From Amoebidium appalachense (Eukaryota; Protista; Ichthyosporea): 64,000 nt of DNA. Numbering within the stretch: the stretch's first letter is position 1; each line of letters opens with the position of its first letter. Of the stretch, positions 12,173-24,726 are shown piece by piece. The translations under genes and the position numbers were made by a program. The DNA is taken from NCBI GenBank assembly GCA_963693365.1, contig CAVNZM010000007.1, positions 9,173,962 to 9,237,961 on the forward strand, read 5' to 3'. A model generated the notes under the pieces. It made no database searches. It had not been told where the DNA came from and worked only from the letters and a program-made list of their open reading frames with translations.

Positions 12173-13424
12173 GGCACGCTTCCGCCCATCCCTCCCCTCC
12201 CCCCACCTCCCCCCCCCCCCCCAAAAAAAAAAAAAAAAAAAAAAAAAACAAAAAAAAAAAAAAAAAAAAAAAACACAGGGAGCTACTGGATGGCTCAGCC
12301 CATCTCCTTCGACAAGATCAAGCTGACCAACAACAGGCGCCTGGTGCAGCCCAACCGCCAAAACCAATCAAATCCGCGCAGACACGTGCTCCTGACCACG
12401 TTCTTCCGCTACCAGCCAATCATCTACATTGCTGAGTGCGGCAACACGTCCAAGGGCCCAGACATGGAGCCTGCAAGCACCGCATTCCGCTACGAATTTC
12501 CTGAGACCTCTTTCTATGCTGTCACTCAGGTATCTCCCCCCTCCCCCCCCCTTTCCCCGGGTGTCCCCCCAACCCCCTCCCCCCCCCCCCTCCCCCCCCC
12601 CCCCAAACACATACACACAAACAAGTCCTGCCCACCCTTACACCTGCGCAACCATCCCAAACAAACCTTTGAGCTCATGGGATGAGCCAATTTGCATCGA
12701 TTGGTAAAGGGGGGTAAACAGGTAAGCTTACCGGCTTAGTGTTTTAATCCGTTTGATTGGAGCTTCAATATGGCAACAAGATTAAACGTTTGATTGGTAG
12801 ATGTCAAATCGATTGACCGGTTCGTCCCATTATTGGATGTGTGTGAAGGCGCTCCAATCACAGATGTTTGCCGCGCTCCCAAATGTCGACAGATGATTGG
12901 AGCGCCTTCAATATGGCAATACAGATTGCTAAATCGATTGGTGCTACTACACCTCGGATTGACAGTTTAGCGTTAAGGTTTGTTTCCCATGATCCACATC
13001 CACACCTTCTCCTTATCTATCCTTACAGATTCCTCCTTTTGCTCTCTACGTTCTCCCAGGGTACAATATTCTCGCACCCAATCCTTCCTTACGCTCAAAC
13101 ACACCAATGGCTTTGACTGCTCCCCCCATTGCCCCCCCCTCCCCCCCCCCCCCCCCCCCCCAATCATCCCAACCCAAACCGACTCGCTTCGGCCAGAGGT
13201 CATGCCTGATTTCACTCTGCCGAGTGCCGTGTCCTTTTTCATCCTTTTTATACTCACACATGTCCAAAGTGCTAAATAATTATTCAACCAACTAACCTTC
13301 TCCCCCCCCCCCCCCCCCCTCTCCCCCCACCCCTCCCCCTCCCCCACAGTACCGCAATCAGGAGATCACTAAGCTCAAGGTGCAGCACAACCCCATGGCC
13401 CACGCCAAGATCCCCAAGTTCTGA
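9108..13424 (+). CDS. T-box transcription factor (6 exons, ~407 aa, C-terminal T-box)
   Basis: Exons 9108-9435, 10218-10465, 11039-11245, 11659-11773, 12279-12529, 13350-13424; all GT-AG and phase-compatible. T-box motifs: LWEDFHRHGNEMIISARGRSMFP, LDPQRLY, FVHQESPTMGSYWM, ISFDKIKLTNN, RYQP, FPETSFYAVTQYRNQEITKLKVQHNP. The first two exons are less certain. Confidence 0.9.
12685..12945. promoter_or_regulatory. Intronic cluster of CCAAT/ATTGG boxes with a 17-bp inverted repeat
   Basis: Repeated TGATTGG/CGATTGG/CCAAT motifs; TGAAGGCGCTCCAATCA (12844-12860) is the reverse complement of TGATTGGAGCGCCTTCA (12894-12910). Function is inferred. Confidence 0.45.
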
Positions 13425-14120
13425 TTGGCTGCCGGCTGGAAATCCGGCCATTTCATTGGCTCCTGCACCAACAAAGGAACGCAAGAACCCGCGGTGCTGA
13501 GGCATTGCGGTTGCTGATTGGCTACGCAACAACACACCTGAAAGTCGTGTTTGATTGGCTGACACGGCCTGTATAAAATTTAGTGGTTTTGAACACAATA
13601 TGTGCTGACTACCAAGCAACACCACACGATCACTGTATTTCCGTTGTTTATCGCCTACTTCGTAAGCGCCTCAGGCGTACATTCTCGAAAGACAAAGAAC
13701 AGGGCGAACCCTGCTGTTGAACTGATATGTCAGCTGTGTGTATACAAGTGAGCTGCTGCAATCTAGAAGAACACATGTGCCTTGTACAGAAATTGCGATT
13801 CTAAATATTCTCTTTTGTACTCAAATTTAGGGATATGTTTTGTAGAATTTTTTACCCATAGGTACTGCATACCGTTTCAACCTGTACTCGTAGTAAGATT
13901 GGACGCATGTTGGTGGGTGGGTGGGTGGGGGGGGGGGGGTTCTATCGAAAAAGCCACATTTAAGGTTGTTTAAAGCTTGCAATGCGACGGAGCCAAAAAG
14001 TGAGAACTGCGTGTGACAGAGCGCAGGTATAAACTAACATTTCGAATAATAAAAAGAAAGAAACCTGGGCCCGGGGCCCCGTTTAGTTCAAGTGACTCCG
14101 GGCTGCACAAATCCAGTGAG

Positions 14121-14163
<43 letters not shown>

Positions 14164-15387
14164 CCCCCCCCCCCCCCCCCCCCCCCCCGAGCGTGCGCGC
14201 TCTCTCTCTCTCCTCCCCCCCCCCCCCCCCTCCCCTCTCTCCCCCTCTCCTTCTCCCCTCCTTAATCGGATTTCTTATCTGAATTAATTTGTGCACTTTG
14301 AACTTGGTTGGTAGGTGGGTGTGTGGGTGTGGGGAAGGGAGGGGGGGGGGGGGGGGGGGGCTGGCGAACACATCCATGTGTGGTGGGCATGTGCACACAC
14401 GTACACACACTCGAGCAGCACAACAAACACACAACAATGTCCCACATGTACGTAAACATACACCACACATGTACACTGCCTCCCCCCTCCCCCCCCCCCC
14501 CCCCCCCCCCCCTTCCCCCCTCCTCCCTCCCTCCTCCCCAAAGACAACTCCTTGAACTTCCTACACACGCCCTTGCCGTATCGGTCCATCGTGTTCATAG
14601 GCACATGGCAGTTGATTGTCCGGCAGCAATTTCAGTTATGGTAGTTGCCGCAGGACACTTGCAACATGAACATTTTGGTGGGTTGCATCAAATCAGATGC
14701 CACCAGGAGCCAAATGTGTGCACAATCCCCCCCCCCCCCCCCCCCCCCCCTCTTCTTCCCCCCCCCTCCCCCCCCCCCCCCCCCCCCCACCCACCACCAC
14801 CACCACCTTCCGTTGGCCTCCAACCCTCATCGTAGACAGACCCTAATTGCCCCTCTCATCATCTCCCATGATTCCCCTCAGAAGAGGATAACTAATCGGG
14901 CTGGTAAAACAAACACAAGGTGTCTCTCTCTTTCTATGCTATGATTTCACTGCTATTTCGGATCTTTTTCATACACCATGATGGGATGGCATTGGAAGGG
15001 AGGAGGGGAGGGGGAGGGGGGGGGGGGGGGGGGGGGGCTACGGCCTGTCTGTCGTGCAGTTGTGTGTGTGCGTACGTGTGTGCGCGATTTTTTTTTTTTT
15101 TTTTTCCTTTTTTGGGGGGAGGGGGGAGGGGGGTGGAGTGGGAAGGCCGAGGGGCAGGCATTGTCGGTGTGTGTGCATGTGTGTGTGTGTTGGGGGGGGG
15201 GGGGGGAGGCAAGCAGTGTGGAGGAGGTAACTTAGGATAGCTTGTGGTGTTGTGTGTGTGTGTTTGGGGAAGGGGAGGGCCAGGGGGGCGGGGGGGCGGA
15301 GGGGGGGGGAGCAGGTCTGTGAGTGTGTATATGTCTGAGGGGAAGGGGGGAGGGGAGAAAGGAGAGAGGGCAAGCAAATGTGTGTGT

Positions 15388-15444
<57 letters not shown>

Positions 15445-15976
15445 GGAAGGGAGGGGAGGGGAGGAGAGGGGGGTTTGTGAGCGAGACTTTTTTTTTTTTT
15501 TTGGAGGGGGGGGGGGGGGGGTGGCTTTGAGTGATGTGAAGGGCAGCGAGGGGGAGGGGACAGGGCGAGTAACTGTATGTGTGCATGTGTGTGTGGGGGG
15601 GGTTTGGGGCGGGGTGGGTGTTTGGGGGAGGGGGGGGGGGGAGGAGGGGGAGGAGGGTAGGTGTTGCCTCTCTCTCTGTGTGTGTGTGTGTATTTGTTCG
15701 ACATGTGTGTGTGTGTGTGTGAAGGTGTGTGTTTGGGGGGAGGGTGGGGGAGGGGAAGTCTGTGAGCTGAGAGCGTGTGTGTTTGGGAGGGGGGAAACGG
15801 GAAGGGGGTTTCACGTAGGGAGGGGAAAGCACTATGTGTGGGTGCGCTTGTGGTGGTGGTCGGGGTGGGGCTGTGTGTGGGTGACTGTGGGCAATCACAG
15901 AGAAGGTGTTGTGTCAATGTGTTCAGCGCGTCAGGGGTGGTGGTCGTAGTGAAGTGTGCATCTTTTTTTTTTTTTT

Positions 15977-16007
<31 letters not shown>

Positions 16008-16799
16008 GGGGGGCTCGTTTCGGTACTAGTTGTTGTTGGCCAATGAATGACATACATGTTTTGGGTGCCACTTTATTATATGGTCTGGATGTGCCGCTAG
16101 ACCCAAGGATGGCATTTGTGTGTTAGGATTCGATATTTTGGTATTTTAGTTTTTTTGTCAGCGTGTGGAGGCGGGGGTGTTGGGGGGTGGGAGAGGGAGA
16201 CAGCAGACGGGGGGTCAGGGAGGGCCCTCCGGGGGGGGGGGGGGGGAGGGGGGGGGGGGAGAGGAGGGGGGTTAGTAAGAGTCTTTACTCAGCCAAGAAG
16301 CATCTAAACACCTGTTCAACGGGAAAGAATATTGGAAACTTAAGCCATTAATATTGGTTAACACCAAAATAGGCCAACCCCGTGTGTCGCATAATAAGGA
16401 ACCTTTTATACAACTATAAAACATCTACAGTATTTTGACTGGGTAGGCTAGCACCAAGACAAGTCAAATGACCCCGGGTTTACTTCATGATACAGCATAC
16501 GTATACAACACCAAACCAACAAACCTCCGTTCATGACAATTTCATGTTTTGGGTAGACAACATGTTCGTAACATACATAACAGTCCCCCTTCTCAACCCT
16601 CGACTTTTGTCACATACAATCACCCCCCCCCCCCCCCCCCCCCTTCTCTCCCTCCCTCCCCCCCCCCCTCCCCCCCCCCTTCCCCCCAACACACACACAC
16701 ACACACCGCCATCACCCACCCCTACCCCCTTCAGCTTCTGCACCCTACAACAGTGGCAAGCATGCAAGCACAGGCAAGCAGAACCTTGAACGTCTCTTC

Positions 16800-17261
16800 T
16801 TTAACAGGCTATGCTCATAACCATACTTTTGTGGGTTTCCCGAGTTCAGCTCTATCAGACAGCAGGCTACCGCAATGCATCTTTTTTATCTACCAGTTTT
16901 CCTCGAGATCCCGAAGTCGAATCTCCAGGGCCACGCGAATCTCCTATTATAGCGCTTCAGCCAACCGCAATTTGAACAGTCTAAACCCCCTTCTCCCCTC
17001 TCTTGCCCCGGGATCAAGTACAAAAAAGTTGCATGACAGTGCCTACAACCCATCGAGGCGTGTCATGAGGACAACTTCATCAACAGCCTGATGCCTCCGA
17101 TCTCGGTTTCGACAGCCATGACCACGGGCTAACCAAAGATCTAAGGGTAGCGACCAGAAGCAAGGGGTGCTTCGATTTAACATAGTCCTTCGTGTACTGA
17201 CTCTACCATAATGGTATCCTTGGCAACTATCATGGTACATACTCTTACCGGCGAATCCCAT
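16800..17261 (-). pseudogene. Decayed coding relic, possibly gag-like
   Basis: The frame of ORF 17043-17261 continues as LDGL*ALSCNFFVLDPGAREGRRGFRLFKLRLAEAL**EIRVALEIRLRDLEENW*IKKM: protein-like and helical, with in-frame TAG/TAA stops. Family assignment is weak. Confidence 0.3.
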
Positions 17262-18358
17262 TCCCTAAACAACTCTAACGATTCTACTGATCGGGCATTC
17301 ATGTGAAGGAAAATAACCTATTTCTTCTAAAAGCTTGTGGGGGAGGGCAAGGGAGAGATGACATAAGCCCACAGAAGATCTTTTGGGGGTGTCAAGTTGG
17401 GGGGCTTCAAAATATGTTAAAATTTCCTCTCAGGTGCCGTTAGAGAATCTCATGTTCACGTGCTATGTTCACGTGTGTTTTATGCGTGCCACGCTCACGA
17501 CCCCTGCCTGTTTGTTGTGGGTGCTGAATTGCGTGCCAGTATGCAGATGCGCGCCAAAACTTTGTTGGCCAACATGGGCAGCTGCTCACACGCAACTGAT
17601 TGGTGGCAGATAATCTGCACTCAAATTGAGGCCCAATCAGCACAAACCGATCTTTCGTTCGATTTTTAGGGGATATTACAAAAGTTGATATAACATTCAT
17701 ACTAAAATGTTAAACAGTTAAAACGGTAAGATTAGCTCTTTTTAGCGTTTAAAGCATGTTAAAAGACCAATAGGATCTTTATTCGGGACGCAGCTGCTGC
17801 CGGCACGACAGTTCCACTTACATAACACCCCACCGGCCGTTGTGGACAAAGTAATTTATATAAGACAGCATATGTGTCTTAGTATCATTTCATCAATGCA
17901 CCCAAAAGGGTCAACTAAACACAGTTTATTTTTTTTTACTCCTACTAATCAATTGAAAGAATTACGTATGCTGTACAATTTAACATGTGTTGATCACCGT
18001 CCCATAGATGCACCTTCATTGCAAGAAATCTCCTTTAAATCTGTTGCCCATTTCCAGCCACTCTAAAAATGCCAATCGTTATTCAATATTCCTAAACCGA
18101 TTTTGTACTCCCCCCATCTTATTGGCCACAAGACTCGAACTATAGAAAAAAACTTTGTCCAGTAAAGGCATTCCACATGTCCACTTTTGAAATAATCAAA
18201 ACGACACAGTTGCAGTTGCGGCTCCAAACAAGCAGTTGTGCACGTTTGTTCACTACTCCTCTCATACGTTTTCGTTTTCCTACCATTTATATATCAAGCA
18301 TAGGCAGATTATCTCGCAGTTTTGCTAGTGTTAGCGTTTTCACAGTGTGTACGGAAAG

Positions 18359-20496
18359 ATGGGGGGCATTCTGTCGCTAAGGAATCAGGAGGAGTCCAAG
18401 ATTGACGGGTATGAAAAGTACCACACACAACATGGGGGTGATGTGGAGAAGAGGAAAGCAGCATATGCAGATATGGTCAACAAATACTACGATCTTGCCA
18501 CAGATTTCTATGAGTGGGGTTGGGGTCAGAGCTTTCACTTCGCACACCAAAGAAAGAACGAGACTTTGCCACAGAGCATTGCCAGGCATGAACACTACAT
18601 AGCCCTTAGGCTCAAGCTTAATCCTGGTGACAAAGTTCTGGATGTGGGTTGCGGTGTGGGGGGTCCTTTGAGAGAGATTGCACTTTTTTCTGGTGCTCAC
18701 ATCGTTGGGCTCAACAACAACGCCTATCAGGTAAGGAGGGTTGGTTTCCCACCAGGATCTGTGTTTGCAGTCAGGAGTGCCCATGTGTCGAACCTATGAG
18801 ACGTCTTTCACCTCATGACCATGTTATAGTGTCTATCTTGTGTTGCTTTTACCTTCTGCTGAAAGGGCTTGGGTCTCTCTTAGCACCGTAGACAGATCCT
18901 TAAAGTAGTTATTAGCTCCATTGGCTCTGGATTGGCTTGATCCCTCTGCAGCATCATGATAGTGGATGCTGGAGTACAATCGCATGTGTTTACTGCCTTC
19001 TGTTAGCAGGGCAGGAAAGAAACAGCTGCCTGCTACTACTCTCTAAACGTTTTACACAACACCTTATTTCTCACTGCAAGATTCTGCTCTCCCCTTATGT
19101 ACTCTCGTGTACCTCTTGTGTCGCTACCACCTTAAAGGGATGTACTGGGAGACAAATACCTTGTAGGAGCTTGACATCATCTTTGCACACCCACACCAGG
19201 GAGCTCCAGAAAAACACACCCTAGCATGCTAGATGTGGAGCAATCACCACCACAATGAACATAAGCCCACACACACACACCAGCATCCCTAAGCTGAATT
19301 GCCTGCCTACGCGGTACTCAGCCGTTCGAGGCTCATGAAAAGTTTAAGTTCAAACACACACCAAATAGCTGCTAAAAACCTTTCAGATTACCATTACCTC
19401 TCACCATTTTTTTATTTTATTGCGTTTTATTCCCGGAGAGCCTTTGCTTTCCCTCTAGGGAAACTACCGTCTACCACACAGCACCGACAGTACACTAGTT
19501 AAGGATTACCTCTCACCATGACGTCTAACATACAAGTACAAATAAGTGGCTCTTTACATCCGATTCGACTGTCCAAAGGGCGTGGAGGTGGTTGAATGCG
19601 GCAAACTGGGGTCTGCTTTAGTTGATGTTGTTTGCTGCATCTCGGGCATCAGGCTTCATATTAGTGCATGGTTTCTTTGGCTTTGGTACTTGTTACTGTC
19701 CTTTCGGCCCTAGCATTTGGGCAGATGTTTCTGTGTGATACAGTTTTTGGCACATCCTAACAGTCCGTGGTGTGACGACAGATACAACGGGGTGAATTGC
19801 ACAACAGACGAGTAGGCCTAGAGAAGACATGTGGCTATGTTAAGGCCGACTTCATGAACATCCCCCTGCCAGAAAACTCGTTCGACGGTGTGTATCAGAT
19901 TGAAGCCACCTGCCATGCACCTGACAAAGTGGGCGTGTACAAGGAGATCTTCCGGTAGCTCCCCCCCCCCCCCCCCCCCCCCCCCTCCACCTCTTAACCC
20001 ACCCCACCCACACCCACCCCCTTTCCTGCCCCTCGGCGGTTTCGAACACGCTCGCATACGCATTATTGAACATCCGACACACCTACCAGGTTCCGGAATT
20101 CACCTATGTTGCATTTTGTGCGTGTTTTATGTCACATATCACTGGCATGACCCGTCTCTTTTGTACCTCGTACTGTGTATCATATGCTCAAACTTCCTTC
20201 TATCCCTCCTGGGGATGAACTCCGCCCCCCCCCCCCCCCCCCCCCCCCCCCAACTCCCGTCCCCCCTTAATAGCGCATTCAACCCCCCCCCCCCCCCTGC
20301 CGCCGCCCCCTCATTTTGGAGAACGGGGTCTATTTTTGCTGCATGCTTGTTGTGTGGTTTTGTTGAACCTCGTAAGCACTGCCCGTTTTTACCAGTGGGT
20401 TACAAATTTTTGTAACACATCCCCCCCCCTCATGCATACTCTTGTGTTCGAGGTTTTTTTTGATCTGTGTTCGTAAATGTGTGATTCGTGCTGAAG

Positions 20497-20542
<46 letters not shown>

Positions 20543-20968
20543 ACACACACTTCCCCCCACGTTTCCCCCCTCCTTCTCTGTTCCCCTGCCCCTCCCCAAC
20601 ACCCCCGGGGCTTCCGGGCCCCTTCCGCACTTGTGCCCTGTCGTTTCCACGTGTCCAGTCCCCGTGCTTTGCTTGCCTCCTGTCATCTCCCCCCCCCCCC
20701 CCCCCCCCCCCTCCTTTCCCTTTCCCCTTTCCCTTTCCCCCTAGTGGGCCAGCTAAGCCTCTAATGAGTATCAATGCAGCTGACCTTCGGATTGATGCCC
20801 CCCCCCCCCCCCCCCCCCCTCCTCTCCCCGCTCCCCCCATCCCCGGCATTCTGCTTTTGATGCATACTCAGTATGTTTACTTTGCATTCTGCATCATGCT
20901 GTCCGTCATGACTGTAGTTCGTAATCTGACACATTCTTCTCATCTCCCCCCCCCCCCCCCCCCCCCCT

Positions 20969-21015
<47 letters not shown>

Positions 21016-21732
21016 CCCCCCCCCCCCCCCCCCCCCCCCCCCTTCTCCCCAGCGCGCTCCAAAAGAAAAAGACAGCCCACACATACATTCTACCTCCCAC
21101 ATCCCCATAAAATACGCTCGTCCCATAATTTTCTTGCTTTTTTTGGTTGTGTTTGTGATCTCTTTCTGTGTTTGCGAATGGACATGCATATGAGTACTTT
21201 TAGTATACCTGACGTTGGGTGGTGCTCGTGGTGTACAGAGGGGGTGTGAGTGTTTTGTGTGTGTGTGTGTGTGCATTCGGGGCAAGGAGCAGATCGCGTA
21301 TAATGACATAGAAATCCCACAGAGTGCTCAAGCCGGGTAAATACTTTGCCGGGTACGACTGGTGCATGACGAATAAGTTCGACCACAGCAACGCCGAGCA
21401 CCAGAAAATCAAGGCCGATATTGAGATCGGTAACGGCCTGCCGGACATCCTCACGTGCTTGCAGTGTGTGGAGGCATTGAAACTGGCCGGGTTTGAGGTC
21501 AGTGTAACCTTCCTTCTCCCCCCCTGCACACACACACACACACCACCACCACCACCACACACACTGCCACCAGCAGCAGCTTTTTCACACACACACACAC
21601 ACACACACACTTGCACACAAGCACATACACATGCACACACAAACACACCTACGATAACTTCCATACGCAAGCATGCATGCTCACGTGAACAAGTGGTATA
21701 CTACCACAACTTGCATACTATCCATTATCTCT

Positions 21733-21764
<32 letters not shown>

Positions 21765-22729
21765 CCCCTCTCTCCTTTCTCTCCCCCCCCCAACACCCAA
21801 CTCTCACCCCTTGGTTTGTGTGTGCGTGTTTTTTGGTGGTGGTGGCGGGGGTTTTTTTGGTGTGTGTGTGTGGGGGGGGGGGGGGGGGGGGGGGGAAGAA
21901 GGGGGGGGAGGAGGGGATACTCGGTTATATTAGACTTGGTTCCGGCCTGCCCTCAAATCCACCCCCTCCCCCCTTCCACTTAATCAGGTAGATTGAGTTG
22001 GGCCTCGTGCATCAGTGTCGAAGCTCGGTTACTGTGGATGGCCTCTGAGAATGGGCTCTGCATGTGTTCTGTGTGCTCCTTGATTATTTTTTTGCGAACA
22101 TTGTGGACTTCTACTTCTTACTGTGCAACACATTCTCATTTTCCCGACCTCCCCCCACCCCCATCACACCTCTTTCAACCACGAGACACTGTTCTTTGTA
22201 CCGAATATACACAGTCAGCTATGTGTGCACCGCAAAAAACTAACTATGTTTGCGCTTATCTGTACTTGACGCACGTGAAACCACCACACTACTAGCAATT
22301 AGCGCACACTGCCCCAAACATTTGTAATGGTACGCGCGGGGAGGGGAAGGGGGGGGGGGGGGTGGTAACTAGGCACTTGCATCAAGGGCCCGACCACACA
22401 CATGCACATGTGCACACCAGCACCATTGCTGACTGACATTCATGTGTGCACAGGTTGAGGACTCGTTTGACATGCAGCTGGGGGCCGACATCCCCTGGTT
22501 CGATGCCCTGGTGCCCCGCTGGATCACCCTGCGCAACCTGCCCTCCACATGGCTGGGCCGCACCGTCACCCGGAACCTCGTGTTTGTGATGGAGTGCGTG
22601 CGCTTGGCACCAAAGGGCTCTGTACGCACACAGATTGTTCTGGAAACGGCCGCAGACGGGTTGGTGAAGGGCGGGCAGTTGGCAGTGTTCACGCCTATGT
22701 TCTTCTTCCTGGCACGAAAGCCGCTGTGA
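18359..22729 (+). CDS. SMT1: Sterol 24-C-methyltransferase (SMT/ERG6 family; 4 exons, ~331 aa)
   Basis: Exons 18359-18730, 19782-19954, 21323-21497, 22454-22729. Motifs: YYDLATDFYEWGWGQSFHFA, VLDVGCGVGGPLREIA (SAM binding), YQIEATCHAP, RVLKPG, IEIGNGLPD, FTPMFFFLARKP. Confidence 0.95.
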
Positions 22730-23973
22730 GTGATCCGGGGGCCCTGAGATGACACCTGTGGATGTGCAGAGGGAAGGGGTATGTTCTTTTTTTGCCTCCT
22801 GGTGTGGTGGGTAGGTGTGTGGTGAGTTATGGAGAAACCTACATTTGGTTTGGGGGGGGGGGGGGGGGGGGGGGGCTGATCATGTATAGCATTAGTGACT
22901 TTCTGCCGTGAACCAGAACATTTTCCACAGATCATCTAAGACCGAATCTTTTTTACCCCTTCTTCCCCCTCCCTCCCCACCCACCCACCCAACCACCGCT
23001 CTGGCATGGCATTTCATGGATGGTATTTCTAGTTTTATGTCATACTGTGCTTCCTGTTTTTGAGCCTTAAAGGTGTCTGTCATGTCTCATCAATCGGGTT
23101 GAGTGGGATACAATATCTTATTTTTGAGCAAAAGGAATGTAGTGCAAGACCCCGAAGGGTTACTTGCCTTTGAATAGAGCATGGGTATATATCTTTTATT
23201 AGATTTTTTTGGTGTACAAATCTGCATGCATCAAGGTATGACCGATATATATCAAGATCGACAAATATGGGCAAAATGGATGGTGTTAACCCCTCTACTC
23301 TATAATGCTACTAGTAGAGTTTCTTGGTGCCACGGTTTGTTTTTGGGGGGGAAGGGGGTAGAGTTGGGCGGTTCTGTCGTATATAACCACACTTATCGAC
23401 AGTTTTTTTATGCGGGTTGGGATGGGAAGTTTTGTTTGCTCCTGACAGATATATTCGGACCGGACCTAAAATGTGAACATAGAATGCTGGAGTGGTGCGG
23501 TTGATCCGCCTATAGTAGTCCCAAATTAAGAGACCTTACTTACGATGTTTCCCTTGCATATGTGAATTCGGATCCTCTCCCCCCCCCCCCCACACACACA
23601 CACACACGCACACGAAAACACTGTGTCACTCACACACCAATCACCACCATCATATCCCGCACTTGCCTCCATATACATGACGCCTGATTGCTGCCACCAC
23701 CCACAAAGTTTAACAAACACGCGAAGTCTGGGGCCAACCGCTTTTCTGAAATTAGATTTGAACAATCGGAGAGCACGAAAATGAGGCGCGAAAGTCCCCT
23801 TGGTAGATATCTCCTGATGTCACCCCTTCTTCCTCCCCTCTCCCTTTTCCCCCCTCCCCCGGCGCCCTCCCCCCCCTCCCCCGGCCCCTCTCCTCAATAT
23901 GTGCACATTCCCTCCCCCTTCTCCCTCCCTCCCTCCCCTCTCACACACACACACGCATACACAAACGCACACA

Positions 23974-24008
<35 letters not shown>

Positions 24009-24599
24009 GTGCAAGGACGTGTCGTGTACATATTAGTTGGCATGGCATGAACACCGGCTTGGCCGGCTAACATATGTTAGTATAACCTTGCATATGCAAT
24101 GTGACAACCACAACCACGTACGTTTATTTGAAATTTATGCTGGAGACAGCAAGTGAAGAAACAACCTGCAGGACCACACACTCGGTCCACACGTTCTACG
24201 ATGAGGTGGCGAAAAATGTACGTATATATGATAGTCACGGGCAACGCGTACAGTACAATAGTAGTGTAATCGTTCGATGATATCATGCGCATACCCTTAG
24301 CACATGCTTAGCACAGTGCCCTTTCAACGTCGGTACATGCGGTTTTATTGACCGCACCACTTTTAGCTAAAGTATGCGGCTACTGATTGGCTTAAACGGT
24401 ATCGCGGGAAAATTGGCCAATGAAAGGCCGCGATTTTAGCAAAAACAATGCACAGTGACAGTGCCACCGTCAGACACCAAAACAGTGCACTCGCCTCTCC
24501 TCCCTCTCAGTCTCAGACTATGAGAGAAACAGCTCATGCCGGAAAGCTCTCATACGTAGCTTCGAACACGAACGCCTGCTTCATTCCATATGCCTGACC

Positions 24600-24605
24600 T
24601 ATAAA
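24600..24605 (+). promoter_or_regulatory. TATA box upstream of the secreted Cys-rich gene
   Basis: TATAAA about 125 bp upstream of ATG 24727; CCAAT/ATTGG motifs at about 24385-24421. Confidence 0.45.
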
Positions 24606-24726
24606 TACACTTCCCTTTGCTTTTGCAACTTTCCGATAGATCCGATCAATCACAGAACCACAACTGCCACAGAAACGTGTACCTCTGAACCACAAGCAAT
24701 CAGTGGCATGCGAGTGCCCATTCGCC

